DNA of 64,000 bases from Felis catus. Lineage: Eukaryota. Both the position numbers and the translations under genes were made by a program. This document shows positions 26,049 to 39,539 of the stretch, piece after piece. How positions within the stretch are numbered: the stretch's first letter is position 1; each line of letters starts with the position of its first letter. Below the pieces are notes generated by a model. The model made no database searches and was not told the DNA's origin. It was given only the letters and a program-made list of their open reading frames with translations. Location: positions 183,522,001 through 183,586,000 of the forward strand of contig NC_058368.1 of the NCBI RefSeq assembly GCF_018350175.1, given 5' to 3'.

Positions 26049-29000
26049 GTGGGAGGTTGGAAGATGGTAGTGGAAGACGGGTATCCTAAGCTTGTCTGGT
26101 CCCATGATTACAATTAGACAGCCATCAAATCATCCTAAATACCACAGAAATTGACCAGAAAACTGGCAGAACAAACCACACAACTAAAAGTAGAGCAGGG
26201 GCCACATCAAAAAAGGTAAGAAATACAGAGTTGCAGTTTGGGAGAGAAAGGATCCTGAGCATTGCAGTGGGGGTAGGGGGTGGGGCTGCAGTTGGAGAGA
26301 AGGGTCAGAGACAGAATATCACAACAGAGGAGCACACAGAAAAAAATGAATCCTCACAGCAATTGACTTGGAAAGAAAGAGGAGCCAAATTTTGTGAGTT
26401 CTTACAATCAGCAGGTCTTAAAGCCTGGAGTTATACAAAGGTCAGAGGGCACTGTGCTGCTCTTGGAGTAAAGGCAAGCAAACAAGTCCCGAACATATAG
26501 CTTGCAAACTGTGATCTGACAAGTGAATGGGGGCACCAGGAGGAGATTATTCACTCATTTAGGAATGCATCACAGAGAGACAGCTTCAAGGAGAGACTCT
26601 TCCAGGAACATAAGGAACTGGCAGGCACCATTTCCCTTCCCCGCCCCTCAGCAGGAATCAAAACAGAGCAGATGCTCACTATTTGCTTATATCACATTCT
26701 GGTGGAATCACCCTTCCCAGCCATACGTGCCTCAGTCCCAGTATGGTGGGCACTCCCCCCAGAAGACTAGCCCAAACCCCTGCTCACACCTCATTCCCTC
26801 ACTCAGGAGTTTTACAGAGCAACTCTTCCAGCAGCAGTTGCAATAGGTCTCATCTAATAGACCAGAGTTAAAACACACCACATTCAGCCCAGTGACTAAA
26901 CACTGCATAGACAGCCTCTACAGATGATTGGCCTGAAATATAAAATGGCCAGGATAAAGTGGCAGAGCACATGCAGCACACATCACAGGCACTCCCAGAA
27001 ATGCCAGGCACTGGTGAACAGGGTACACTACATGAAAGAGTACCACAGGACCTCTTCTTCATAAACCCATTATTCTCAAGAACAGGATATGTACCTGATT
27101 TTCCTAGCACACAGAAACAAGCACAAAGACTTCAACAAAATGAGAAGACACAGAACATTATCCCAAATGAAAGAACAGAACAAGACCATGTCCAGAGATC
27201 TAAACAAAACAGATATAAGTAATATACCTGATAGAGAATTTAAAGTAATGATCACAGAGATAAGGAGTAACATATCAGAGAGAAAGAGCTCAATAAACAA
27301 AATGAGAAAAACACTTAATGAAATGAACAGGTGGCTGGAAGAAGCAAAAGAACGAATTACTGACCTAGAAGAGACAGAGAAATGGAAAGTAGATAAGCTA
27401 AACAAAAGGCAGAAAAAATACTTATGCAAAACTAAAATAGACTAGGGGAGCCTGGGTGGCTCAGTTGGTTAAGTGTCTGACTTCGGCTCAGGTCATGATT
27501 CAATGGCTCATCAGTTCAAGCCCCACGTCAGGCTCTATGCTGACAGCTCAAAGCCTGGAGGCTGCTTTAGATTCTGTGTTTCCATTTATCTCTGACCCTT
27601 CCCTGCTTGTTCTCTGTCTCTCTCTCTCTCTCAAAAAATAATAAACATTTACAAAAAATTAAAAAGACCAATTTATTAAAAAAAAACTAAAATAGACTTG
27701 GGGAACTTAGTGATGCTATCAAACATAATGACAATCATATTTCAGGATTCCAAAATAAGAAGAAACAAGAAAGGGAACAAATATTATTTGATGAAATAAT
27801 AGCTATAAACTTCTCTAATTTGAGGAAGAAAACAGACACCCCAATTCAGGAAACACAGAGAAGCCCCATCAAAATCAATAAAAGCAAACCCACACCAAGA
27901 CATATTGTAATTAAATTGTCAAAATACAATGATAAAGGGAAAAAAAATTAAAGGAGCAACACAAAATAAAATAGTAACTTAAAAGGGAAAACACATAAGG
28001 TCAGGGTATTTTCAACAGAAGTATTTCAAGACAGAAGGGAGTGGCATGATATATTCAAAGTGCTGAACAGGAATATCTGCAAGGCTATCATTCAGAATAG
28101 AAGGGAGATAAAGAGTTTCCCAGACAAACAAAAAATAAAAGAATTCATAACCATTAAACCAGCCCTGCAATAAATATTAAAGGGGACTCTGAGTGGAAAG
28201 GAGAGACAAAAAGTGACAGTATAAAGGTCCAAAACACAAAAAAAGCAGTAAAAATAAATATTTCTGTAAAATATCAGTCAAAGAACTCACAGAATAAAAG
28301 GATGTAAAATATGACAATATATACCTAAGACATGAGGAAGAGAGGAGTAAAGAATGAGCTCAAACTTAAACAACCACCAACTTAATATAGACTGCTATTT
28401 GCAGAAGAGATTCTATATAAACCTAATGGTAACCATATGTCACAGGCCAGTAATAAATATACAAAGAAAAAAGAGAAAGAAATCCAAATATATCACTAAA
28501 GAAAATAAGCAAACCGTGAAACACAAGAAAGAATCAGAGAAAATCTTCAGAAACAATGACAAAATAAATAATAAAATGACAATAAATATATATCAATAAT
28601 TAGTCTGAATGTAAATGGAGTAAATGATCCAGTCAAAAGACAGAGGGCGACAAAAAATAAAAATATAAGATTCATCTATATGCTGCCTACAAGAGACTCA
28701 TTTCAGACCTAAGACATCTGCAGAATGAAAGTTAGGGGATGGAGAAACATCTGTCAGGCAAAGGATATTATATATAACAAGCCAACAAAAAGATACAACA
28801 ATATTATTTTAATTTTTGAATACATAGCAAATTTAAATATTTATGCACCCAACATAGAACTACCCAAATATATAAAATAGTTAACAACAAATATAAAGGA
28901 AATAATCAGTAGTAATACAATAATAGAAGAGGACTTTAACACCCCACATACATAAATGTACAGATTATCTCAACAGAAAAATAACATGGAAACACTGGAT

Positions 29001-32000
29001 TTGAATGATACACTGGATCAGATAAATTTAACAGATTATATTCGGAGTATTCCATTCTAAAACAGCAGAATGCACATTTTTTTAATTGCACATGTAACAT
29101 CCTCCAGAATCTATCACATATTAGCCCACAAAATGAGCCTCAACAAATTAAAGAAGATCAAAGTCATACCATGCATTTTTCTGATCACAATACTATGAAA
29201 CTAAAATTCAACCACAAGAAAAAATTCGGAAGGACCACAAATATATTGAGGTTAAATAACATGCTACTAAACAATGAATGGGTCAAGTAAGAAATAAAAG
29301 AATAAATAAAAAGTACACGAAAACAAATGAAAATGAAAAAAACAATGGCTCAAAACCTTTGAGATGAAGCCAAAGCAGTTCTATTTGGGAAATTTATAGC
29401 AATACAGGCTTACCTCAAGAAGCAAGAAAAATCTCAGATAAACAACTCAGATAAACTTAACTTTACCCCTAAAGGAGCTAGACAAAGAACAACAAGCAAA
29501 ATCTAAAACCAGCAGAAATGAGGAAATAATAAAGATTAGAACAGAAATAAATTACATAGAAACAAATGACAACAACAACAACAACAACAACAACAAAAAA
29601 ACAATAGAACAGGTCAATGAAACCAGAAGCTTGTTGAATGAAAAAAATCAATAAAACTGATAAACTCTAGACAGACTTATCAAGAAAAAAAGATAAAATA
29701 CACAAATAAATAAAATCATACATGAGGAGAAATAACAACACCACAGAAACATACTTATAAGAGAATATTATGAAAAACTTTATGCCAACAAATTGGACAA
29801 CCTAGAAGAAATGGATAAATTACTATAAAAATAAAAACTACCAAACTTAAACAAGAATTAATGGAAAATTTGAATAGACTGATAACCAGCAAATAAATTA
29901 AATCAGGAATCAAAAAAGTCCCAACAGGCAAAAGTCCAGGACCGGATGCCTTTACAAACAAACTCTACCAAACATTTAAAGAGAGTTAATACCTATTCTC
30001 AAACTATTCCAAAAAATAAAAAAGGACGTAAAACTTCCAAATTCATTCTATGAGACCAGCCTTACCCTGATACCAAAACCAGATAAGGACACCACTAATC
30101 AAGAGTACTACAGGCCAATATCTGTGATGAACATAAATGCAAAAATCCTCAACAAAATATAAGCACACCAAATCCAAAAGTACATTAAAAAAATCATTCA
30201 ACATGATCAAGTGAGGTTTATTACTGGGTTGCAAGAATGGTTCAATATTTGCAAATCAATCAACATGATACACCATATTAATAAGAGAAAGAATAAGAAC
30301 CATACGTTCATTTCAACAGGTGCAAAAAATGCATTTGGCAAAGTACAACATTCATTCATGATAAAAACCTGCAAAAAAAGTAGGTTTGGAGGGAATATAC
30401 CTCAACATAATAAAGACCATATACGAAAAACCTCCCACTAACATCATTCTTAATCAAGAAAAACTGAGAGCTTTTCTCCTAGGAACAAGTAAGGATGTCC
30501 ACTCTCACCACTTTTATTCAACATGGTACTAGAAGTCCTAGCCACAACACTCAGACAAGAGAAAGGAATAAAAGGCATCCGAATCCATAGGAGAGATGTA
30601 AAATTTTCACTATTTGCAGATAATATGATACTATATATAGAAAACTCAAAAGATTCCACCAAAAAAAATGCTAGAACTTATAACCCAATTCAGTAAAGTC
30701 TAAGGATATAAAATCAATGTACAGAAATCTGTTGCATTTCTATACACCAATAATGAAACAGCAGAAAGAGAAATTAAAGAAAAAACAATCCCATTTACAA
30801 ATGCACTAAAATTATAAGATAACTAGAAATAAACTTAACCAAAGATCTGAAAAACCTGTACTCTGAAAACTGTAAAACACTGATGAAAGTAACTGAAGAT
30901 GACACACACACAAAATGGAAAGCTATTCCATGCACATGGATTGCAAGAACAAATATTGTTAAAACGTCTATATTACCCCAAACAATCTACATATTTAATG
31001 CAATCCCTATCAAAATAATAATCATATTTTCCAGAGAACTAGAAGAAACAATTATAAAATTTATATGGAGTAATAAAAAATCCCAAATAGCCAACACCAT
31101 CTTGTGGGGGGAGGGGTGGGTGGCAGGAAGGAAAGCAAAGCTGGAGACATCACAATTCCAGACTTCAAGCTATATCGCCAAGCTTTAACAACCAAGAGAA
31201 TATTGTACTGACACAAAAACAGACACATAGATCAACAGAACAGAATAGAAAATTCAGAAGTGAACCCACAACTGTATGGTCAATTAATGTTCAACAAATC
31301 AGGAAAGAATATCCAATGGAAAAAAAAGACAATCTCTTCAACAAATAGTGCTGGGAACTGGACAACAACATGTAAAAGAAAGAAATAGGACCACTTTCTT
31401 ACACCATACAAGAAAATAAATTCAAAATGGATTAAAGACCTAAATGTGAGATCTGAAACCATAAAAGTTACAGGCAGCAACTTCTTAGTCATTGGCTATA
31501 GCAGAATTTTCCTATATATGTCTCCTAAAGCAAGGGAAACGAAAACAAAAACCAATGGGACTACATCAAAATTATGAGCTTCTGCACGGTGAAGGACACA
31601 ATCAACAAAACTAAAAGGCACCTTCCTGAATGGGAGAAGATATTTGCAAATGATGTTTTATCAGATGCAAATCTCATAAAGGATTAGTCTCTAAAATATA
31701 TAAAGAACTGAAACAACTCAATGCCCCAACAAATGAATAACCTAATTTAAAATGGGCAGAAGACATGAACAGATATTTCTCCAAAGAAAACACACAGATG
31801 GACAACAGACACATGAAAAAATGTTCATCACTTAATATCAGGGAAATACAAATCAAAGCTACAATGAGTTACCTCCTTACAACTGTATGAATGGCTAAAA
31901 TCAACAACACAAAAAACAACAGGTGTTGGCAAAGATGTGGAGAAAGAGGAACCCTCTGGCACTACTGATGGAAATGCAAGCTGGTACAGCCACTGTGGTA

Positions 32001-32640
32001 AATAGTATGGAAGTTTCTCAATGAACTACCTTATGATGTAGTAATCACACTACTGGGTATTTACCCAAAGAATATAAAAAACAGTAATTCGAAGGGATAC
32101 ATGCACCCTGATGTATATAGCAGCAATATTTATAATAGCTAAGATATGGAAGCAGCCAGCCCAAGTGTCCATGAACGGACTCACGAATGGAAAAAAAAAG
32201 TGTTATAAATACACAATGGAATATTACTCAGCCATAAAAAGGATTAAATCTTGCCATTTGCAATGACATAAATGGAGCTAAAGAATATAATACTAAGTGA
32301 AATAAGTCAGCCAGAGAACGACAAATACCATATGATTTCACTCATATATGGAATTTAAGAAAAAAATAAATGAGCAAAGGGGGAAAAAAGAGACAAATCA
32401 AGACCCAGACTCTTAATTATAGAAAACAAATAAATGGTTACCAGTGGGTAATGGTGTGAGGGATGGGTTAAATCGGTGATGGCGATTAAAATGTGCACTT
32501 GTTGTGATAGGGTGATGTATGGGATTGTTGAATCACTATATAGTACAGCTGAAACTAAGATAACACTGTATGTTAATTAACTGGAATTAAAATAAAAACA
32601 TAAATTCAAAAAGAAAAAGATAAAAAGAAAAAAAAACAAG
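26049..32640 (+). mobile_element. Near-full-length carnivore L1 (L1_Carn-type): 5'UTR, ORF1, ORF2, 3'UTR, A-tail; inactivated
   Basis: ORF1 N-terminus MRRHRTLSQMKEQNKTMSRDLNKTDISNIPDREFKVMI (~27139); EN motif atatgctgcctacaagagactca; RT motif [12 protein letters not shown] at ~30608-30645 (catalytic D to N); carnivore 3'UTR; TSD aaaatgaaattgca (26035-26048) / aaaatgaaattaca (32905-32918); many stops and frameshifts. Confidence 0.95.
27445..27682 (+). mobile_element. CanSINE inserted in L1 ORF1
   Basis: 16-bp TSD aaaactaaaatagact at 27428-27443 and 27683-27698. Confidence 0.96.
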
Positions 32641-32899
32641 ACTCTCTTGCTCAAAATAAATAAACATTAAAAAAAAAATTAAAAGGGGCACCTGGGTGGC
32701 TCATTCAGTTAGGCTTCTGACTTCAGCTCAGGTCACGATCTCATGGCTCCTGAGATCAAACCCTGCATTGGGCTCTGTGCTGACAGCTCAGAGCCTGGAG
32801 CCTGCTTTGGATTCTGTGTCTCCCTCTCTCTCTCTGCTCCTCCCCTCTCACACTCTGTCTCTCTCTCTCTCAAAAACTAATAAACATTTAAAAAAAAAA
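32641..32899 (+). mobile_element. CanSINE tail fragment (32641-32684) followed by a full CanSINE (32685-32899), at the L1 A-tail
   Basis: ctctcttgctcaaaataaataaacatt tail, then ggggcacctgggtggctca head. Confidence 0.93.
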
Positions 32900-32981
32900 G
32901 AAGCAAAATGAAATTACATAATGTCTTCAAAATAATGATAATATAAAATATATCTGATCTATGGAAGTCAGTTAAAGTAAT

Positions 32982-33061
32982 GACCCAATAACATTTCAAG
33001 GGATTATGTCAGCTAAATAGGGACCCAATAATATTTCAGGGGATTATGTCAGCTAAATAGG
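32982..33061. repeat. 40-bp tandem duplication (2 copies, 2 mismatches)
   Basis: gacccaataacatttcaagggattatgtcagctaaatagg / gacccaataatatttcaggggattatgtcagctaaatagg. Confidence 0.95.
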
Positions 33062-34863
33062 AAACAAACAAACAAAACAAAACAAAACAAAACAAACTTA
33101 AAAAGTCCATACAGTCCCAAAGCAGATCAATTAGCTAAGCTAAAAGAAAGAAAATAATATTAATAGCAAAAATTAACATTATAAAAATAATGTATTAAAA
33201 CTAACAAATCAAGAACATGATTCTTTGAAAAGAAACTACTAAAAAATGTAAACTAGTAGCCAAACTCATTTTTAAAAAGAGAGAGGAAGCAGAGATACAG
33301 GAGAAAAGGGAAGAGCTGTCAAAACATGGAAAATCTTTTTTTTAATTCATTAATAACTGTGGGAGAAATACTATGCAAATATATTTGCAAAACATAAATA
33401 ATATTGATATATCCCTGGAAATAGAATTTAAGCATAATTGATTACATTCAATAGGAAAATTTCAAACTATCTAGTTTCCGTAAAAGGAAAAGAGAAATTT
33501 CCAAATGTGCTTCCACCATAAAAAGAACCAGACCCAGATGCCTTTATATGGCTATTCAAAAAACATAAATATCAGATGGTTGGTGGTGACTGGCTCAATT
33601 CAGAGCACTGTAGAAGAAACAAGCACTTCACGTATTTCATATTGTCATGTAAAACACTTATTTCAAAACATTCAAAGGTATTAAAAGAAGGAAGCACTGC
33701 AGAAAAATCTCCCTTATGTATAACAAAGAAAAAAAAAAACTACAGAAAATACCAGGAAACAAATCCCATGAAATGTCAGCTAAATAATTCATTATGACTC
33801 ACTTAAGTGTTTGTTAGAAATGCAGAGGTAATTTAATATTAGGAAATACTTTAATATAATTTACTAAGTTAATAAAAAGAGGAAAATCATATGATTTTCT
33901 ACAGTGAATACAAAAAAAAGCATTTGACAAGATATTTTCATAATTAAAACACTCTGTAAAAGAGGAAGGTCCAAGGTGGTAGTGTGGGAAATTCCTGAAC
34001 TCAGCTCATCCCACAGATACACCAAATCTAGAGCTACATATAGATCCCTACCCTCTGAAACAGATCTGACAACTGAATGAATAGTTCTCCAGAACAAAGG
34101 ATAAAACAGCTCAAGACAAGTAGGATAGTCAGAGTCATGGTCTTGTACAAAAAAAACACAAAAAAACAAAAAACAACTCACCCATGGTAGGGACACACAT
34201 AGGGAGCAATCTCACCATACAGGTGCTTCTCCAGTAAGAGTGACTGAGGAGTTGGTTCCTCACAACAAGCACCTTGGCCCTCAGATCTATACTGAACATA
34301 TACTGAACATATAGATTCAGCCCTCTGAATGCATGGACTGGAAAACCAATGTGGTGACCTACAGGGTTCCCAAAATGCTAAAAAAGGAAACTTAGATTCC
34401 CATCTTGGAGGGTTCATATGCAGCCTCGCTTCCCTTGAGACACAGAAAAAAATTGCAGTTTGAAAAGCATTTAGACTATATGTGAGAAAGATTCATTTGC
34501 TTATCTGGGGCATCAGCTGGAAAGCCAGAGGACAGTTGAGATGGTCCCCAGAGACAGAGGCATTGGCAGATACCAGTCAAGAACTCCAAGTATAGCCTGT
34601 TGTAGCACAGGCAGGTGAACTCATGTGGCACCCTCCCACCATATTGCTGGAGTAGGTACTGGTGAGTGGTCCCAGTTCTTGCTGAGGCCAAACTGGATCA
34701 TCAGATGCAGCACTCTCCTGCTCTCCGGCTGGGGCAGGTGAGCACAGAAGAGCGTGGAGTCCTCTTGCTCACAGCCTAGAGCCAGTGTTCACCCACAGAA
34801 AAGGCACTCTTGCTGCACTAGTGAAGCCTGTAGGTACATGCATTCAGGACATTTCCCCACTAC

Positions 34864-34950
34864 TTTTCTTTTTTTTTATTTTTTAAGTTTAGTTTTATTT
34901 ATTTATTGGGAGAGAGAGAGAGAAAGAGTGCCCATGAGCAGGGCAGGGGC

Positions 34951-35007
<57 letters not shown>

Positions 35008-35136
35008 GAATCTCAAGAAGGCCCTGTGCTATAAGTGCAGAAACTGATGCAGGACTCCCTTATATGAACTGTGAGATCATGACCTGAGCTTAAACCCAAA
35101 GCTGGATGCTTAACTGACTGAGACACCCAGGCACCC
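34864..35136 (-). mobile_element. CanSINE with expanded (GA)n
   Basis: Reverse SINE body, ends caggcaccc. Confidence 0.93.
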
Positions 35137-35313
35137 TGTCCCACTGCCGTTCGGAAGTCAGCAAATATGCCCTGTGACCTACACTATCCAGCAGCCTTGC
35201 AGATGTGCACAATCGACACAGGGATACTCCTGAATGGCCTGGCCCTGGTGGCCAACAGGACTCGTGTTCCAGAACTCCACAGAACTGTAACAATCAAAAA
35301 AAAAGATTGTTCT

Positions 35314-35352
<39 letters not shown>

Positions 35353-35702
35353 CTATAAATCTTGGCAGGCCACCAACCCCAGGACACTGCACAGACAGCA
35401 CACTGAACACAACCTGAGTCTTCCTGTGAAAAAGGCTTATTTACATACCCAAAAGCTTCAGCCTGAGGGACAGGCTTCAGGTTTCCCAGACATCAAGAAG
35501 CTAAGGAGGCACCTGCAGGGAATGTAAGCTGGGAGACCCCATCCATAGCCTTACTACAGCTAGATAAGACTTCCCAAATGGGGCTTATATACTCATTTTG
35601 TGCTCTGACTTTTGCAACTGTCACCCAAGAGACACCTGCAGGGATTACGATTGCAGCCCCACAGGATGGTATACATCTGCATACTTTAAAAACAGCTGCC
35701 TG

Positions 35703-35784
35703 CCTTTTGGGATGAGCACTGGGTGTTGTATGGAAACCAATTTGACAATAAATTTCATATATTGAAAAACAAAACAAAACAAAA
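35703..35784 (+). mobile_element. Severely 5'-truncated young felid L1 (L1_Fc-like 3' end)
   Basis: gggatgagcactgggtgttgtatggaaaccaatttgacaataaa plus A-rich tail; perfect 15-bp TSD aaaaacagctgcctg at 35688-35702 and 35785-35799. Confidence 0.92.
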
Positions 35785-35898
35785 AAAAACAGCTGCCTGA
35801 AAGTCTGGCTTCCAGTCAGCCTGAAACTAGGTGTCCCCTTGGTTCACTAACAGGTCTTGGCAAACCCTAAACAATGGAGGCATATCCAAAACAAACAA

Positions 35899-36313
35899 GG
35901 GGCACCATGGTGGCTCAGTCAGTTAAGCATGTGACTTGACGATTCGTACGTTCAAGCCCCGTTTTGGGTCTGTGCTGACAACTAAGAGCCTAGAGCCTGT
36001 TTCAGATTCTGTGTCTCCCTCTTTCTTTGCTCCCTCCCCAGTCACACTCTCTCAAAAATAAATAAACATTAAAAAAAATCTATACGGGCACCTGGGTAGC
36101 TCAGTTGGTTAAGCATTCGACTTCAGCTCAGGTCATGATCTCGCCCTCCCTGAGTTCCAGCCCCTCGTTGGGCTCTGTGCTGACAGCTCAGAGCCTGTGG
36201 AGCCTGTTTCAGATTCTTTGTCTCTCTCTCTCTCTCTGACCCTCCCCCCCATTCATGCTCTGTCTCTCTCTGTCTCAAAAATAAATAAACGTTAAAAAAA
36301 ATAAAAAAAAAAA
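35899..36313 (+). mobile_element. Two tandem CanSINEs (35899-36078, 36086-36313)
   Basis: Two heads, two (CT)n tracts and two AATAAA tails. Confidence 0.94.
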
Positions 36314-39240
36314 ACAAAACTATAAAAGAAAAGAATAAACCAAGCAGTTTATACAAAGGTTCAAAAGACAATCAAGAGCTAGGGCTAGATGAAACACAAA
36401 GGACTGTCATACACAAAGGCTACTCCTTCAAAACTGAGAAATAGCTGTTTTGCCTAATACATAGAAACAAATCCATGAAATTAAGTAAAATTAGGAAACA
36501 GAGTAATATGTACCAAACAAAAGAAAATGACAAAACCTTAGAAAAAGACCTTAATGATACACACAAATCATCTACCTAATAATTCAAGGTAATGATCATA
36601 AAGATTCTTGCTGAACTCGAGAAAAGAGTGAATAAACACAATGAAGACTTGAACAAAGAGTCAGAAAACATAAGAAAGTACCAAACAAAATGCACAGAGC
36701 TGAAGCATACAATGACTGAACTGAAAAATAAACTAAAGGGATTCAACAGCAGACTGTATGAAGCAGAAGAGACCAGCAAGTTGGAAGATAAAGAAATGGA
36801 ACTCATCTAGACAGAGCAGTTAAAAGAAAAGAAAATAATGAAGATGATTAAGGAACTTCAAGAACATCAGTAGAATAACATTTACATTACTGGGTCCGAG
36901 GATGAAAAGATAAAAAAAAAAAGAGGTAGAAACATTGTTTAAGGAAATAATGCCTGAAAATGTCCCATGCCTAGGGAAGAAAACAGATATCTAGGTCCAG
37001 GAAGTCCAGAAAGTTCCAAGAAGATGAACCTAAAGAGAGCCAGACCAAGATATATTATAATTAAAAGGCCAAAGTTACAAAGAATCCTAAAAGCACAAGA
37101 GAAAAACAACTTTTTATATACAAGGGAACCCCTATAAGACCATGAAAGGACTTTTCAAGAGAAATGTTGCAAGCTCAAAGGGAGTGGCATAATATATATA
37201 CCAAGTGCTGAAAGGAAAAACTTTCAACCAACAATGCTCTACTTGGCAAGGTTATCAATCAGAATTGAAGGAATGATAAAGAGCAATTGACAATACAATG
37301 ATAATAAGGGATTTTCACACCCCACTTACATAGATGGATAGATCATGCAGACAGAAAATCAATAAGGAAACAGGAGTCTTAAATGACACATTAGACCAGA
37401 TGAACCTAATAGATATATACAGAACTGTCCATCCAACAGCAGCAGAATATATTCTTCTCAAATGCACATGGAACATTCTCCAGAATATATCACATGTTAG
37501 GCCACAAAAGGAGTTCAATAAATTCAAGAAGCCCAAGATAATATCAAGCACTTTTTTATAACATAATAGTATGAAACTAGAAATCATTACAAGAAGAAAA
37601 CTGGAGTAGAGATTAAACCACATGTTACTGAACAACTACTGAAAGCATCAAAGAAGAAATAAAAAATATATACAGACAAATGAAAACACCAGTGTGACAT
37701 ACCAAAATCTATAAGATGCAGCCCAAGTTGTTCTACAAGGTAAGTTCACAACAATACAGGTATACCTCAAGAAACTACAGAAATGATATATATCTATATC
37801 TATAGACATAGATCAATATAGATATAGATATAGATATGTACCTATATATAAATATAAATAATGGATCACTATTTAGCCATAAAAAATAAATCTTGTTAGT
37901 TGTGACAACATGGATGGACCTTGGACATATACATTAAGTGAAATGTCAGACAAAAACAAATATTGCATGATTTCACTTATATGTGGAATCTAAAAAATAA
38001 AACAAAAGAAAATCTAGACTCCTAAATACAGAGAAGAAATGATAATTGCCAGAACGGATGGGGTTGGGATGACAAAAGGGTAAAAGGGATTAAGAAGTAC
38101 AAATTTCTACCTATAAAATAAATAAGTCATGGGAGTGTAATGTATTGTTTGAGGAATACAGTCAATATTATTGTACTAACTTTGTAAGGTGACAAGTCAT
38201 AACTAGACATTGTGTTTACCATTTTGAAATGTATACAATGTATACACTGTATATACCTGAAACAAATACATGTCTATTTATACCTCAATTAAAAAAATAA
38301 AATTTAAAATGAAAAAAAGAGAAATAAATGGATACTTCGTTAACGTAACAAAATATGTGTATCTCAGCTCCAAGTCAAGTATTTCACTTGTGGAACAATG
38401 ATAAAGATATCCAGCAACATCATGCACAAGACTTGGGTACCCACTATCTTCACCACTATTAACACCGCTTTGGAAACATTAGGCAAAGTACCTATATTGC
38501 AGATGACTTGTTTGTGTACTTAGAAAACCCATAAATAACAACAAAAACTAATTTTAAAACTTGGTAAAATAGCGAGATATAAAATGCAATGAAATCAATT
38601 ACTGTCAAACATAAAATAAATAAATAATTTAAAAGGCGCATTTCAATTAAAAAAAGAATGCATAGGCATAAATCCTAATAAGAAACTTCCAAAAACACTC
38701 CTGGAAGTCATAAAAAGTAGAATTAAATAAATAGAAGGGTATCCCTAGATCCTGGAGGAGAGGACTTGACAGCATAAAAAGGCCAATTTTCCTTAATTTA
38801 CGACTTGAGCATGATCCCAATAACACCACTTGCTTTTTCCAGGGTTTAAAAAATTGAGTATAAATTTTGAACAAACAAAAATAAATAAACTAACAAGAAT
38901 ACTTAGTAAAATCCTGAAAAATAAGAATACAGTGTGTGTATATGTGTTTTGTAGGGGGTAATCACACCAACATTCAAACATACTTAAAGCCTCTCTAATT
39001 GATTTCTGAGATTGGTCCTTGAACAGGATAACAGTCAAATGGAATAGAATAGGAAATCCAGACACAGACTCAATGCATATATAAATGTAGTATGTCATTA
39101 TGACAGACATGAAAACAGTGAATCTATTATGCTATTGAATATGGTTTTGTTTTAATTCATTGAAAAACACGTGGTTACATTTTATTTGTTCCATGGGAAC
39201 ATTTCTCTGTTTAGTGTTCTTTATAAGGAATGTTTCTCTC

Positions 39241-39348
39241 TTTAAAAAAAAAAATGTCTTAAGTAATCTCTATACCCAACGTGAAGCTTGAATTTACAAT
39301 CCCAAGATTCAGAGTCTTTTGCTCTACCAACTGAGTCAGCCAGGCACC
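39241..39348 (-). mobile_element. Short tRNA-derived carnivore SINE (lacks the CT tract)
   Basis: aagtaatctctatacccaacgtgaagcttgaa...ctctaccaactgagtcagccaggcacc; flanking aatgtttct repeat. Confidence 0.85.
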
Positions 39349-39359
39349 TGGGTAATGTT

Positions 39360-39493
39360 TCTTTCTTCTTTCACTCTTTTCATTCTCTCTCCCTCCCACC
39401 CTTCCTTCCTTCCTACCCTACCTCTTTCTCTCCCTTCCTTCTTTCCTTCTTTTCTTCTGTCTTTGTCTCTTTCTCTCTCTCTCACTTACACAC

Positions 39494-39539
<46 letters not shown>

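Larger units (their letters stand above)
33968..38314 (+). mobile_element. Carnivore-era L1 (L1_Carn/L1MA9-like) with 5'UTR, ORF1, partial ORF2 and 3'UTR; large internal deletions
   Basis: ORF 36592..36810 is ORF1 coiled-coil-like; ORF 37334..37561 MDRSCRQKINKET...LDQMNLIDIYRT is L1 endonuclease; 3'UTR and A-tail ~38000-38314; approximate TSD aaaagaggaa/aaaagagaaa. Confidence 0.9.
25150..39200 (+). mobile_element. Old L1M host element, surviving as three pieces (25150-26048 ORF1 region; 32919-33967 and 38325-39200 ORF2) split by two younger L1s
   Basis: A-rich ORF1-like sequence (agaagatccaacata, gctccaggcaaaattactt); ORF2 continuity across the second insertion: aaaacactctgtaaaagaggaa|taaatggatacttcgttaac. 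Confidence 0.7.

Noticed and set aside
27089..32360. L1 ORF1/ORF2 as functional CDS
   Set aside because: Broken by many stops and frameshifts, a SINE insertion, an endonuclease-domain deletion (~28760) and an FADD to FADN change
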